64,000 nucleotides of DNA, from assembly GCA_963794195.1 (NCBI GenBank), contig CAWCCU010000002.1, positions 58,909-122,908 of the forward strand. Reading direction: 5' to 3'. Under the pieces are notes generated by a model, which was not told the origin of the DNA, made no database searches, and was given only the letters and a program-made list of their open reading frames with translations. Each line of letters opens with the position of its first letter. Within the stretch, counting starts at the first letter, position 1. A program made the position numbers and the translations under genes. The stretch comes from an uncultured Acidobacteriaceae bacterium. Lineage in GTDB: Bacteria; Acidobacteriota; Terriglobia; Terriglobales; Acidobacteriaceae. This document shows positions 22,676 through 31,984 of this stretch, one piece after another.

Positions 22676-22699
22676 GGGACAGCCGCCGTTGGCTGTCCC
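22676..22699 (+). terminator. GC-rich hairpin just after gyrA (no T-tract)
   Basis: GGGACAGCC-GCCGTT-GGCTGTCCC, a 9-bp perfect stem 14 nt after the gyrA stop. A similar GGGACAGCCG...CCGTCCC hairpin occurs at about 7311-7334 after gyrB. Confidence 0.45.
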
Positions 22700-22874
22700 T
22701 GTTGGAGCGATGGCCTTGGTTACCCATTGATTACCAATGACCTACCAAATGGGCCGTTTCCTCTTGCACATAACCAGCAGATCGGCGCATCATAGTAACT
22801 GGAATTGCCCGTTCAGCCGAACTGTCACCGTATGGTGTGCGTGCCCGCGAGGGATAGGCTGACGGGTTTATTTT

Positions 22875-23503
22875 TTAGCGTGGCCATATCCGCATTTGTA
22901 GTTCTCTGTGGGCAATGATTTTCCGATAGTCGAGATGATCCGGTTTTGTTTTTCGCAAATATCTCGCCACCGCTCCGCAAACCATATCGGCCAATTGCAG
23001 CAAATTGTTTGATTCAGAATTGTTCGTCTTTATTCTCCTCACGAGCTGCTCGCGGCCTTCCTCGTTCAGCCTCTTGCCCAAGTATTTTTTCCACTCATTT
23101 TGAAAGTCGCGATTCCCACATCGATCAAACACTACAATCGCGTTTTTCAGACAAGGCTTCATGTTCTGAAACAGCAAATTAACCGCATATTTGTAGAAGG
23201 AATTCTTATACTGAAACCCTTCGCCATAGAGCTGCCTTTGTTGAAGATGAACGACATGTACAGATATTCAAACTTCCCGGTTTCCATCAAGAAACGCTCG
23301 CGGATGTCTCGGCTGCACGAGTTGAAATGAAACTCAAACGGTCTCGTCTTAAACCACTCGATGCGAATTTCGTTAATGCGCAAATCGCAAGCCTGCGCCT
23401 CATCTCGATCTTCGAAGATCACCGCCGTGACCACAAAATAATCAGACGAGCCCGGTTTTCCTTTCGTCCCTGGATCACCGGATTCATCAATGAAGACAAG
23501 CAC
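22875..23503 (-). pseudogene. DUF3800 family protein, one frame break
   Basis: ORF 23159-23503 begins MLVFIDESGDPG, the DUF3800 N-terminal motif. ORF 22875-23177 carries LQLADMVCGAVAR, the C-terminal motif. Re-reading the junction gives ...KFEYLY, a break at about 23245-23255, then VVHLQQRQLYGEGFQYKNSFYKYAVNLLFQNMKP. Confidence 0.7.
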
Positions 23504-23582
23504 GCTGCGAGTCCTCCGTTGGTGAGCCTGGCCAAGAGTTTAGCCGGCTCGTTTGTCATTCACTGCTCCGCTGGATTGTCCC

Positions 23583-24464
23583 TTACCCGCTCTTCTCCCT
23601 CTTCACATAGGAAATCTGCACCGACTTATCCAAATGCTTTGCCAGGAATCGGAGCAACACTTCCATCGAAGGCTCGGCGGACTCGTAGTTAAGATTCAAA
23701 TTAACAATTTTGTCCGCGAACATGTACAGCTTCGCTCCGGGGATTTCTCTCCAGAAGTCGTCTGGCTTTGGCGGATTGTCGATATTCGCGGCTTGAATGT
23801 AGCCGCGCCGGTCAAATCTGAGCGCGTCGGTCAGAATGAGGCCGGTGAGCTTGCCGCTGGAGTCTATGAAGTGCTCCGAAACCGTGCCGCGATAAAGATT
23901 GTCGGTGGTCGTCAAAATGTCTGCCCTCACTGCGGTTTGCTTGTCGGCAAAAATGAATGGCGTCAAGAGTGGATGCCACTCCGAAATCCGGGGAAACAGG
24001 AACTTGTCCGCAAACCAACTGTAGAAGCGGTTAGTTTTGAGCCTACCGTAAGAACCAGCCAGATAGGCGAGGCACAGTCCGGTTGCGACCGTCAGCAGGT
24101 AGTACCAGAACAGAAACAGAAATTGCCGGTGCCATGTCCGATTCAAAGCCGCCCAGAATGCCTGTCCACTGCGAGTGAATTCCTGTTCGCTGTAAAGGCA
24201 ACTGGCAACCAGTTTGTAGTCGCTCGCTCGCAATTCCGGGTAGCTAGCATGGAAAGGAAACTGATTGGCAAAGGGCACATACCAGAGGACGAGCAAGGCA
24301 ACAAAAAACGGAAGAACGGAAGTGAGAACCGCGCGGGTAGCTTCTTCTGTCCGGCTGCCAGAAACGATCCGAAGCGGAACGAACAGTTGAGAGATCGAAC
24401 GGAAGAGTAGTCCGGGAATAATTACGTAGAGCGCGAGGACGATCGAAGCAGCGAGTGCAATCAC
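23583..24464 (-). CDS. hypothetical polytopic membrane protein with soluble C-terminal domain
   Basis: 293 aa with a GTG start. Three clear hydrophobic helices: IALAASIVLALYVIIPGLLF, VLTSVLPFFVALLVLWYVPF and FLFLFWYYLLTVATGLCLAYLAG. A C-terminal domain of about 150 aa follows. No family recognised. Codon usage is AT-rich. Confidence 0.6.
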   Translation of the reverse strand: MIALAASIVLALYVIIPGLLFRSISQLFVPLRIVSGSRTEEATRAVLTSVLPFFVALLVLWYVPFANQFPFHASYPELRASDYKLVASCLYSEQEFTRSGQAFWAALNRTWHRQFLFLFWYYLLTVATGLCLAYLAGSYGRLKTNRFYSWFADKFLFPRISEWHPLLTPFIFADKQTAVRADILTTTDNLYRGTVSEHFIDSSGKLTGLILTDALRFDRRGYIQAANIDNPPKPDDFWREIPGAKLYMFADKIVNLNLNYESAEPSMEVLLRFLAKHLDKSVQISYVKREKSG

Positions 24465-24470
24465 AAACTA

Positions 24471-24671
24471 TTATGCAGCAGCGGTTTTTATTTTCTTGCC
24501 CGGGCCGATAGTGATCTTTTCTCCTTGTGGACCACAAAGAGTGACCGAACGTCCTTGTTCCAGTGCTTGTGAAATATTGGCTGTTCCTTCTTCAATCTGT
24601 TTGCGAAGCCAGAGTGGCAAGGAATCTTCTTCGATGAGATCGGCAAGCTTGCTGAGGTCTGTAGCAGTCAT
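24471..24671 (-). CDS. hypothetical small protein (66 aa)
   Basis: MTATDLSKLADLIEEDSLPLWLRKQIEEGTANISQALEQGRSVTLCGPQGEKITIGPGKKIKTAAA. Its stop lies 6 nt before the start of the membrane-protein gene, giving an operon-like arrangement. Confidence 0.45.
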   Translation of the reverse strand: MTATDLSKLADLIEEDSLPLWLRKQIEEGTANISQALEQGRSVTLCGPQGEKITIGPGKKIKTAAA

Positions 24672-24871
24672 AAATCAAAGGCTAGCATGACAACTATTAA
24701 CATTCATGTCAACAAGAATACGAACCAAATAGTTACGAAGGCCCGTTAAACCGCGGACAAGAGCGCCCGCACCACACCGGCTAGCCCCTCCAGCCAATTG
24801 ACTCGCCACCCAATCAACTTTAAGATGGCGGGTCGTATTTCCTTTAGTTTCAAACATAGCCTTCCCAAAAC

Positions 24872-27528
24872 ATGATTGGACAGACGGTCTCTCACTACCG
24901 GATTGTGGAACTGCTGGGCGGCGGGGGGATGGGCGTTGTCTACAAGGCGGAAGACACGGCGCTCGGCCGGTTTGTCGCGCTGAAGTTTTTGCCGGATGAA
25001 GCGTCCAAAGATCCCCAGGCGTTGGAGCGATTTCGTAGAGAAGCGCGGGCGGCGTCGGCGCTGAACCATCCTAATATTTGTACGATCCACGAAATTGGCG
25101 AGCATGACGGCCAGGCTTTTATTGTGATGGAGTGCCTCAGCGGCGAGACGCTGAAGCACCTGATCCAAAAAGGCCGGGTTGAGCTGGAGAAGATTCTGAC
25201 TCTCGGCATTGAAGTCGCCGATGCGCTGGATGCGGCGCACAGCAAGGGAATCGTCCATCGCGACATCAAGCCGGCCAATATTTTTGTGACCGATCGCGGT
25301 CATGCCAAAGTTCTGGATTTTGGATTGGCGAAAATCACGCGCGCCGGCCAGCCCGCCAGCGCCGATTCGCAGACGATCGGCTGATGCTCACAATCTTGAT
25401 CTGACGAGTCCGGGGACAGCGGTTGGCACCGTCGCCTACATGTCGCCCGAACAGTTGCGCGGCAAGGAACTCGACGGTCGCACCGATCTTTATTCTTTTG
25501 GCGTGGTGCTTTACGAAACGGCGACTGGCTTGTTGCCGTTTCGAGGAGAGACTTCGGCGGTCATCACGGAAGCGATTCTCAATCGCACGCCGACCGCGGC
25601 CACCAAGATTATCCCCAGCCTGCCGGTGAAGCTCGAAGAGACGATCAACAAGGCGCTGGAAAAAGATCGCGACATGCGCTGCCAGACTGCGGGCGAGATG
25701 CGCGCCGACCTGAAGCGGGTACAGCGTTCGGTCGATACGTCGCGGACCTCGGTGGTTTCTGAAACGACAGGATCGAGTTCATCAGTCACTACGGTGACTC
25801 GTACCACGACGACTTCGCAGAAGAGTCGTCCGATTGCGATGATTCTTGGGGTTTGTGTCGCAGTCGCTTTAGCTGCGGGAATATTTGCGGGCAAGCTTTT
25901 GTTTTCGACGGGGCCGAATTCCGCCGCCGGTTTATCGTCAGCTTACTTTTCGTCGAGGCAGCATTCGCTCTGCGCGATTCGCTCCCGATGGGCAGACGAT
26001 TCTTTATAGCGCGGCTTGGCAGGGAAATCCGCTGGATGTTTTCACTGCGCGGCCGGAGGCTCCGGAATCACGATCGATGGGGCTTGGTCACACGCAGTTG
26101 ATGTCGATTTCTTCGACCGCGGAGATGGCCGTCCTGCTCAACAGCAAAGCCACCGGTGCATGGGTGACGATGGGCACGCTGGCGCGCGCGCCGCTTTCCG
26201 GCGGAGCGCCGCGAGAGGTTTTGGAGCAGGTGCAGTGGGCGGATTGGGCGCCAGATGGCGTGTCGCTCGCAGTGGTCCGCGATTTCGGCGGCCGCAATCG
26301 TTTGGAATTTCCCATCGGAAAGCCGCTGTACGAAACCGGCGGATGGATTGGCAATCCGCGCGTCTCGCCCAAGGGAGATCGCATTGCGTTTGCCGATCAT
26401 CCGCAGCAGGGAGATGACAGCGGTACGCTCGCGCTTGTCGATCTGGCCGGAAACAAGAAAGTTTTGTCGGGACAATGGTTCACCATTCAAGGCGTAGCAT
26501 GGTCGCCGGATGGAAGTGAAGTTTGGTTTACAGCGAGCAAATCCGGCACCGATCGCACGCTCTATGCGACCACGCTGGATGGAAAGCAGCGAATCGTTGC
26601 GCGTTTGCCCGGAGCGCTTATGTTGCTCGACATTGCCAAAGACGGCCGCGTGCTTCTGATTCGGGCGACCTGGCGCCGCGAGTTGATGGGCGTTTTTGCC
26701 AGCGATCCCAAACAACATGAACTTTCGTGGCTCGACTACACCTATCCCGCCGACCTTTCGGCGGATGGCAAGACTTTGTTGTTTGATGAAGAGGGTGGAG
26801 GCGGCGCGCTCGATTATTCGAAATCCAGCGGCATGACTTACGCGGTTTACATTCGCAAGACGGATGGTTCTCCGGCGGTGCTGCTCGGCGAAGGTGGCGC
26901 GGTGGCGTTGTCGCCTGATGGGAAGTCGGTGATTGCGCAGACTCAGGACACGCCGTCGCAACTCAAGCTCTTGACCACGGGTGCGGGCGAACCGAAAGAT
27001 CTGACCAAAGACAATGTCAACCATACCTGGGCGAAATGGTTTGAGGATGGCAAACGACTTTTGTTTTCGGCGGACGAGCCGGGCAAAGGTGTCCGCCTTT
27101 ACGTTTATGACCTCGCTTCGGGCAAGAGTCAGCCGATTTCTCCGGAAGGCGTAAACGGAAACGCCTTCACCATCTCGCCGGATTCTTCGATGGTAGCTGG
27201 CATCGGGCCCGATCAAAAAGGATATCTGTATCCGGTGGCGGGTGGGGAACCAACTCCGATTGTCGGCCTCAATGTAGGAGAACAGCCCATCAATTGGACG
27301 GAAGACGGACATTCCCTCTACATCTATCAGCCGGGCGAATTGCCGGCGCAAGTCTATAAGCTCGATATAAAAACCGGACAGCGTACTTTGTGGAAACAAT
27401 TGTTGCCGTCCGATCCTGCCGGCGTCGAAAATATCGGCCCCATCTACATCACGCGTGATGCCAAGACCTGCGTCTTCGGATATCACCGCATGCTGGCCGA
27501 TCTTTATTTGGTTGAAGGGCTGAAGTGA
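24872..27528 (+). pseudogene. Ser/Thr protein kinase - TM - TolB-like beta-propeller fusion; two frame breaks (probable indels)
   Basis: 24872-25384 is the kinase N-lobe to the DFG motif ([26 protein letters not shown]). 25302-26009 holds [10 protein letters not shown] to the TM helix. 25885-27528 holds PD40/TolB-like repeats ([43 protein letters not shown]). The breaks are near 25375-25382 and about 25915. Confidence 0.85.
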
Positions 27529-27591
27529 ACTTCTGGATTTAGATTCAAGATAAAAGAAATCCTGCGATCCTAAGATCATGTCTAATCAGAC

Positions 27592-27957
27592 ATGAGCCCC
27601 GACAAGGTCAATCTCGCCGAGAAGTTTTCTCTTTTCACTGACTACTACAATCCCCGCATCGTGGGTGAGTTGAATGACTCGCATGTAAAAGTCGTCAAGC
27701 TGAAGGGCGAGTTTGTCTGGCACCATCACGACAATGAAGACGAATTGTTTCTAGTGATAAAGGGCAAACTGCTGATAAAGCTGCGTGATCGGGAAGTGTC
27801 GATCCTACCCGGCGAGTTTTTTATTGTGCCGAAGGGCGTGGAGCATTGCCCGGTGGCGGAAGAAGAGACAGACATCGTTTTGATTGAGCCAAAGACCACG
27901 CTCAATACGGGCAATGTGCGGAATGAGAAGACAGTGGAGACGCTGGGCAGGATCTGA
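27592..27957 (+). CDS. cupin domain protein
   Basis: 121 aa with a cupin-like HHHDNEDELFLVIKGKL...VPKGVEHCP. Confidence 0.75.
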   Translation: MSPDKVNLAEKFSLFTDYYNPRIVGELNDSHVKVVKLKGEFVWHHHDNEDELFLVIKGKLLIKLRDREVSILPGEFFIVPKGVEHCPVAEEETDIVLIEPKTTLNTGNVRNEKTVETLGRI

Positions 27958-28046
27958 AGCAAGGGTTCCATGCGCGAAGGCCTGCCCAAAGCATCCAAAA
28001 TCCCCTCTGGCCCGCCTCTCGCTTCACTGATATATTGCTTCCCCGT

Positions 28047-29624
28047 ATGTCCTCGCAACCTCCCGTCCCGACCATTCCACCGCGTCGTTCGCTGGCCTTT
28101 TTCGCGGTGCTGGCGTTGTTGATGGTAGTTGTTTCCTATGTGTTTATTTTAGTGCTGGCGGCGGCGTGTGTGTATCTGCCATGGTTGGTGCTTTCGAACC
28201 TCACCAACTTTCAAACTTTGGCATTGTTCGTTGCCGGCCTGGTTGTTGCCGGATCCATGTTGTGGTCGCTGGTGCCGCGTCGGGTGAAGTTTGTGGCCCC
28301 GGGATTGCCGCTCGAACGCAGCGCGCATCCGCAGTTGTTTGCGGAAATTGACCAGATCGCAACTGCCTTGCAGGAGCCAGTACCGCGCGAGGTTTATCTG
28401 ATCGGCGAGCCGAATGCCTGGGTGACCGTACGCGGTGGGATGATGGGATTCGGCGGGCAGCGAATCATGGGACTCGGGTTGCCGCTACTCGGGGCGCTGA
28501 ATATTTCGCAATTCCGAGCCATCCTCGCGCATGAGTTCGCGCACTACTACGGTGGCGATACGAAACTGGGACCCCTGCTGCATCGCACCCAGATGGCGAT
28601 GGTCCGCACTTTCCAGAACATGGGCTCGGTCGGAACGGTCATGCGCGTGGCGCTCATGCAGCTTCTCTACAAAGGAGTATTCGGGATACTCAATTGGTAT
28701 TGGCTGCTGTTTCTTCGCGCCATCAATTTTGTTTCCCGCCGGCAGGAGTTTCGCGCCGATGAGTTGGCCTGCATCGTGGCCGGTCCGCAGTCTCTGGCGA
28801 GCGGATTGAATATCGTCCACATCGTTGGCCGCGCCTGGCCGGGTTACTGGCGGGCCGAGGTGTTGCCCCTGTTGAATCAGGGCTGCCTCCCTTCGATCGC
28901 GGAAGGGTTTGCAATGTTTCTCGCCGCGCCTGGAATTGCAAAGCAGGCGGCCCAATCGATTGAAACCGAAATGCGCGAGGGCAAAACCGAGCCCTATGAT
29001 AGTCATCCTCCGTTGCGGGACCGCATCGCGGCGAGCAGAACTTTCTCGAAGCCATCGCAGCCGGAAGATCCACGACCCGCCTGGAGTTTGCTTGAGGATG
29101 GGATGGCGGCGGAGAAGGAATTTTTGGAGATGCTGAATCCGGATTTGCCGAAGGATGCGTTGAAGCGTGTCGCATGGGAAGACCAGGGATCAAGCGTTTT
29201 GATTCCCTCCTGGACAAGTTCGGTCACGGAATATGGGGCGGTCCTTAAGGGAATTACAGTCGGCAATCTGTCTGAATCGATGGGAAAAATTCCAGAGATT
29301 GCTGCTTACATCCCCGATCCGAGAGGCATGCTGCTGACCCGTCAACAGAGAACCGATCGTGCACGTTCTTTTCTGGGCACAGCGTTTGCACTCGCCCTCG
29401 TGAAGAATGGATGGCTCTTGCACGCCAGTCCGGGCGAGTTCCACCTGGGTCGCGGAGAAGAAAAACTTGATCCGCACCAGTTGGTGTCCCAACTACTTGA
29501 AGGCGGAATTTCGAGAGAGGCGTGGATGCAGAAATGTAAAACACTCGGATTGGAGAATCTTCCGTTAGTGGCTGCAACCGCAATCCCTCCAGAGAATCAG
29601 AGCACGCCATCCCCGATTCTTTGA
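28047..29624 (+). CDS. M48 family membrane metallopeptidase
   Basis: N-terminal TM helices and an HExxH motif in ILAHEFAHYYGGD. Start taken at ATG 28047 (MSSQPPVPT). Confidence 0.75.
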   Translation: MSSQPPVPTIPPRRSLAFFAVLALLMVVVSYVFILVLAAACVYLPWLVLSNLTNFQTLALFVAGLVVAGSMLWSLVPRRVKFVAPGLPLERSAHPQLFAEIDQIATALQEPVPREVYLIGEPNAWVTVRGGMMGFGGQRIMGLGLPLLGALNISQFRAILAHEFAHYYGGDTKLGPLLHRTQMAMVRTFQNMGSVGTVMRVALMQLLYKGVFGILNWYWLLFLRAINFVSRRQEFRADELACIVAGPQSLASGLNIVHIVGRAWPGYWRAEVLPLLNQGCLPSIAEGFAMFLAAPGIAKQAAQSIETEMREGKTEPYDSHPPLRDRIAASRTFSKPSQPEDPRPAWSLLEDGMAAEKEFLEMLNPDLPKDALKRVAWEDQGSSVLIPSWTSSVTEYGAVLKGITVGNLSESMGKIPEIAAYIPDPRGMLLTRQQRTDRARSFLGTAFALALVKNGWLLHASPGEFHLGRGEEKLDPHQLVSQLLEGGISREAWMQKCKTLGLENLPLVAATAIPPENQSTPSPIL

Positions 29625-29668
29625 TGTTTATATATGTAACTACCTGAAAGTAAGTAACGTATTTCATC

Positions 29669-29697
29669 TTGACGCTATATCCAAATTAGGAGATAAT
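29669..29697 (+). promoter_or_regulatory. sigma-70-like promoter of the antitoxin/toxin pair
   Basis: TTGACG (29669-29674), a 17-nt spacer, then GATAAT (29692-29697). GGAGA lies 6-7 nt before ATG 29722. The local context is AT-rich. Confidence 0.55.
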
Positions 29698-29721
29698 ATT
29701 GTCCATAGTTGGAGATGTGCA

Positions 29722-30153
29722 ATGACGGCTTCGGGAGCTCTTGATATTGGACTCGATTTAGGCAAGGTTCCGGACCTCGGCAATGCCTCAACTCGCAGGA
29801 GATTGACTCCGGCAGCGATCAAAGCATTCTTCAAAATTGCGGAAACGTGGGAATTGAAGAATGACGATGCCAGAGCGTTACTGGGGAGTGTTTCGAGTGG
29901 CAAATATTTCGACTTGAAGAAAAGTCACAAGGGCGCGTTGACGCAAGACGAACTTACTCGCGTGTCCCTTTTGATTGGCATTTTCAAATCTCTGAATATC
30001 TTGTTCAGCCCGAAATTAGCGAACCAGTGGGTGACGCGCCCGAATAGCAATCCTCTATTTAACAATGCGCCGCCGTTGGCGCTGATTCGTAGCGGCATGC
30101 CAGGGATGATGACTGTGCGGCGGTTGCTGGATGGTCGGCGTGGGGGAAGATAA
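29722..30153 (+). CDS. Xre/MbcA/ParS-type antitoxin (DUF2384 toxin-binding domain)
   Basis: 143 aa. The C-terminal ANQWVTRPNSNPLFNNAPPLALIRSGMPGMMTVRRLLD matches the DUF2384 pattern (W...PN..L.G..P..L...G....V...L). It lies directly upstream of a RES-domain gene. Confidence 0.8.
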   Translation: MTASGALDIGLDLGKVPDLGNASTRRRLTPAAIKAFFKIAETWELKNDDARALLGSVSSGKYFDLKKSHKGALTQDELTRVSLLIGIFKSLNILFSPKLANQWVTRPNSNPLFNNAPPLALIRSGMPGMMTVRRLLDGRRGGR

Positions 30154-30158
30154 CCTCG

Positions 30159-30219
30159 GGCGCTGAAGCGCGTCCTCAAGGCCAGACTTTAATCGCAGCG
30201 CCGAAGCGTTGCGCCACCC
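30159..30219. repeat. palindromic element, family C (short form), between antitoxin and toxin
   Basis: GGCGCTGAAGCGCGTCCTCAAGGCCAGACTTTAATCGCAGCGCCGAAGCGTTGCGCCACCC, followed by GACACCC word repeats at 30241-30273. Confidence 0.8.
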
Positions 30220-30283
30220 AAAAGCAAACAGCGAAACCAAACACCCGAGACCGGACACCCGACACCCGACACGGCTCAAATCG

Positions 30284-30964
30284 TTGATTCCCACCTCCCA
30301 AGTCGACCAACGCGACACCCATCGCCTGATCCCCGCGCAATTTGCGGACGGGGGCGCCTCGGTACTTTCCCGTCTCTCTGACGACCACGCAACTCTGAAC
30401 AATATCTTTGAATTGGACAACGCAACCAACGATCGTCTCCTCGCGGAATCTGGATTGTTGTCCGGGATCGACGCGCGCGAGTTGGTTTTTGGAATTCCTT
30501 CCTATCGAATCATCAATGCGACCTTTTGCCACCCGGCTCCCTCTGGCTCGCGGTTCAATTCCGAAGACCGTGGTGCCTGGTATGCCGGCTTCGAGATCGA
30601 AACATCACAGGCGGAGATTGCCTATCACCGAAGGCTGTGGCTGCAAGAAACTGCCTGGAACGAAGAAGACGTCGCCGACTACATCGACTATCTCGCGGAT
30701 TTTCGCGCCGAGTTTCACGATCTTCGCGGTATGACCGAGCATGCAGACTGCCTGGATCCTGATAGCTATATTGCGTCCCAAATAGTTGCGGGACAGTTAT
30801 TGGAGCTCGGCTCTTCGGGGATTGTGTATGGAAGCGTCCGCCTTAATGGCGGAACTTGTATCGCTTGTTTTCGGCCCGCGCTGGTTGTCCATGTCCGAAA
30901 AGGTGGAACCTTCACCTTCATATTTCCGGACGCTAACGCTCCGCCCACGATTCGACGGTCCTAA
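30284..30964 (+). CDS. RES domain toxin (NAD+-degrading toxin family)
   Basis: It has THRLIPAQF near the N-terminus, GSRFNSEDRGAWYAG (Arg), EI...AYH (Glu) and IVYGSVR (Ser). The start is uncertain. There is no in-frame ATG, so I used the in-frame TTG at 30284. The ORF as tracked opens at 30209, inside the repeat. Confidence 0.75.
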   Translation: MIPTSQVDQRDTHRLIPAQFADGGASVLSRLSDDHATLNNIFELDNATNDRLLAESGLLSGIDARELVFGIPSYRIINATFCHPAPSGSRFNSEDRGAWYAGFEIETSQAEIAYHRRLWLQETAWNEEDVADYIDYLADFRAEFHDLRGMTEHADCLDPDSYIASQIVAGQLLELGSSGIVYGSVRLNGGTCIACFRPALVVHVRKGGTFTFIFPDANAPPTIRRS

Positions 30965-30990
30965 ACGCACGCCTGTGATAAAAACTATTC

Positions 30991-31755
30991 TTGAACCTTC
31001 AACAGGCCATCCTCATTTTCGCCGCCAGCATGGTTGGTGGAGCGCTGAATTCGGTTGCCGGTGGCGGAAGCTTTGTTACATTTCCCGCGTTGCTATTCGT
31101 GCACGTGCCGCCCATTCAAGCCAACGCCACAAGTAATGTCGCTTTATGGATGGGTGCAGCTGCGAGTGGACGAGCGTATCGCAATCGCCTAAATGTTCCG
31201 CGGCGAATCCTTATTTCTTTCCTGATTGTCAGCCTGATCGGCGGACTGTTCGGCGCATATCTGCTATTAAAAACCCCCGCGCATACTTTTCTGAAAGTAT
31301 TGCCCTGGCTCACCTTGGGAGCGACTCTGTTATTTCTCTTCGGCAAGAAGCTTGCGGGGAGCCGAGTTTCGGGCGTCGGACGAGATGCTTCAACCTTTGC
31401 GATCTCGATAGCTGTCCTATTTCAACTTGCGGTTGGTGTTTACGGCGGCTACTTCGGTGGTGGCATGGGCATTGTGATGCTGGCCATGCTGGCAGCCCTC
31501 GGCATGACGGACATCCACGCCATGAATGCTCTGAAAAGCGTGATGGCATTCTTAATCAACGGAGTGGCAGCCATCGCTTTTGTATTTGCCCGCGCCGTTT
31601 TCTGGAAGCAGGCAGCCGTCATGGTCGTGGGAGCGATCATCGGCGGATATCTGGGAGCGCACTATGCGCAGAAAGTTCCAGCGCTATGGATCCGGTGGTT
31701 CGTAATTCTGGTGGGAACCGGGATGACGATTTATTTTTTCGTGAAGGCATATTGA
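30991..31755 (+). CDS. TSUP family (TauE/SafE) anion exporter
   Basis: 254 aa and polytopic, with the GGALNSVAGGGSF and GGYFGGGMGI motifs typical of TauE/SafE. TTG start. Confidence 0.8.
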   Translation: MNLQQAILIFAASMVGGALNSVAGGGSFVTFPALLFVHVPPIQANATSNVALWMGAAASGRAYRNRLNVPRRILISFLIVSLIGGLFGAYLLLKTPAHTFLKVLPWLTLGATLLFLFGKKLAGSRVSGVGRDASTFAISIAVLFQLAVGVYGGYFGGGMGIVMLAMLAALGMTDIHAMNALKSVMAFLINGVAAIAFVFARAVFWKQAAVMVVGAIIGGYLGAHYAQKVPALWIRWFVILVGTGMTIYFFVKAY

Positions 31756-31798
31756 GTGGATGCGGATCTATCGGCATCGATCCCCGATGCTGCATGTA

Positions 31799-31880
31799 CC
31801 GTGGAAGAGCGGGCCTTGCTGGCCCGCGTTTTCAAGCAAGAAATGATTTACGCGGCGCTGAAGGCGCCGCTCTTCCACGG
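31799..31880. repeat. double-hairpin palindromic element, family C (long form)
   Basis: CCGTGGAAGAGCGGGCCTTGCTGGCCCGCG...CGCGGCGCTGAAGGCGCCGCTCTTCCACGG, between convergent genes. Confidence 0.8.
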
Positions 31881-31984
31881 CAATCGATGCTTTAGATAAG
31901 TGCGCTCAACAGCTCACGCAAGTCAAAACCTTCTCGCAGCGCTCAAAAGCCCGCGCCACCGAAAATCAGGTTTTTTCGCATCAT

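Noticed and set aside
22845-22875. Possible intrinsic terminator (CCCG...CGGG plus TTTATTTTTT) at the left edge of the AT-rich islet
   Set aside because: The stem is only 4 bp with a loop of about 15 nt, which is too weak to call. The T-run may simply reflect the AT-rich islet boundary.
23553-24410. 285-aa plus-strand ORF overlapping the 293-aa membrane-protein gene in the AT-rich islet
   Set aside because: The minus-strand product has three clean TM helices and operon-like spacing with its neighbours. The plus-strand product is Arg/Gln/Glu-rich with no features. I kept the minus-strand gene, but with moderate confidence only.
26068-27579. 503-aa minus-strand ORF antisense to the kinase beta-propeller region
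   Set aside because: It is Arg-rich, non-protein-like sequence. The opposite strand has clear PD40/TolB repeat motifs. It is a shadow ORF.
31146-31895. 249-aa alternative-frame ORF over the TSUP gene, and the similar 246-aa ORF at 41147-41887 over accD
   Set aside because: These are out-of-frame Arg/Gly/Cys-rich translations of genes whose main frames are clearly conserved.
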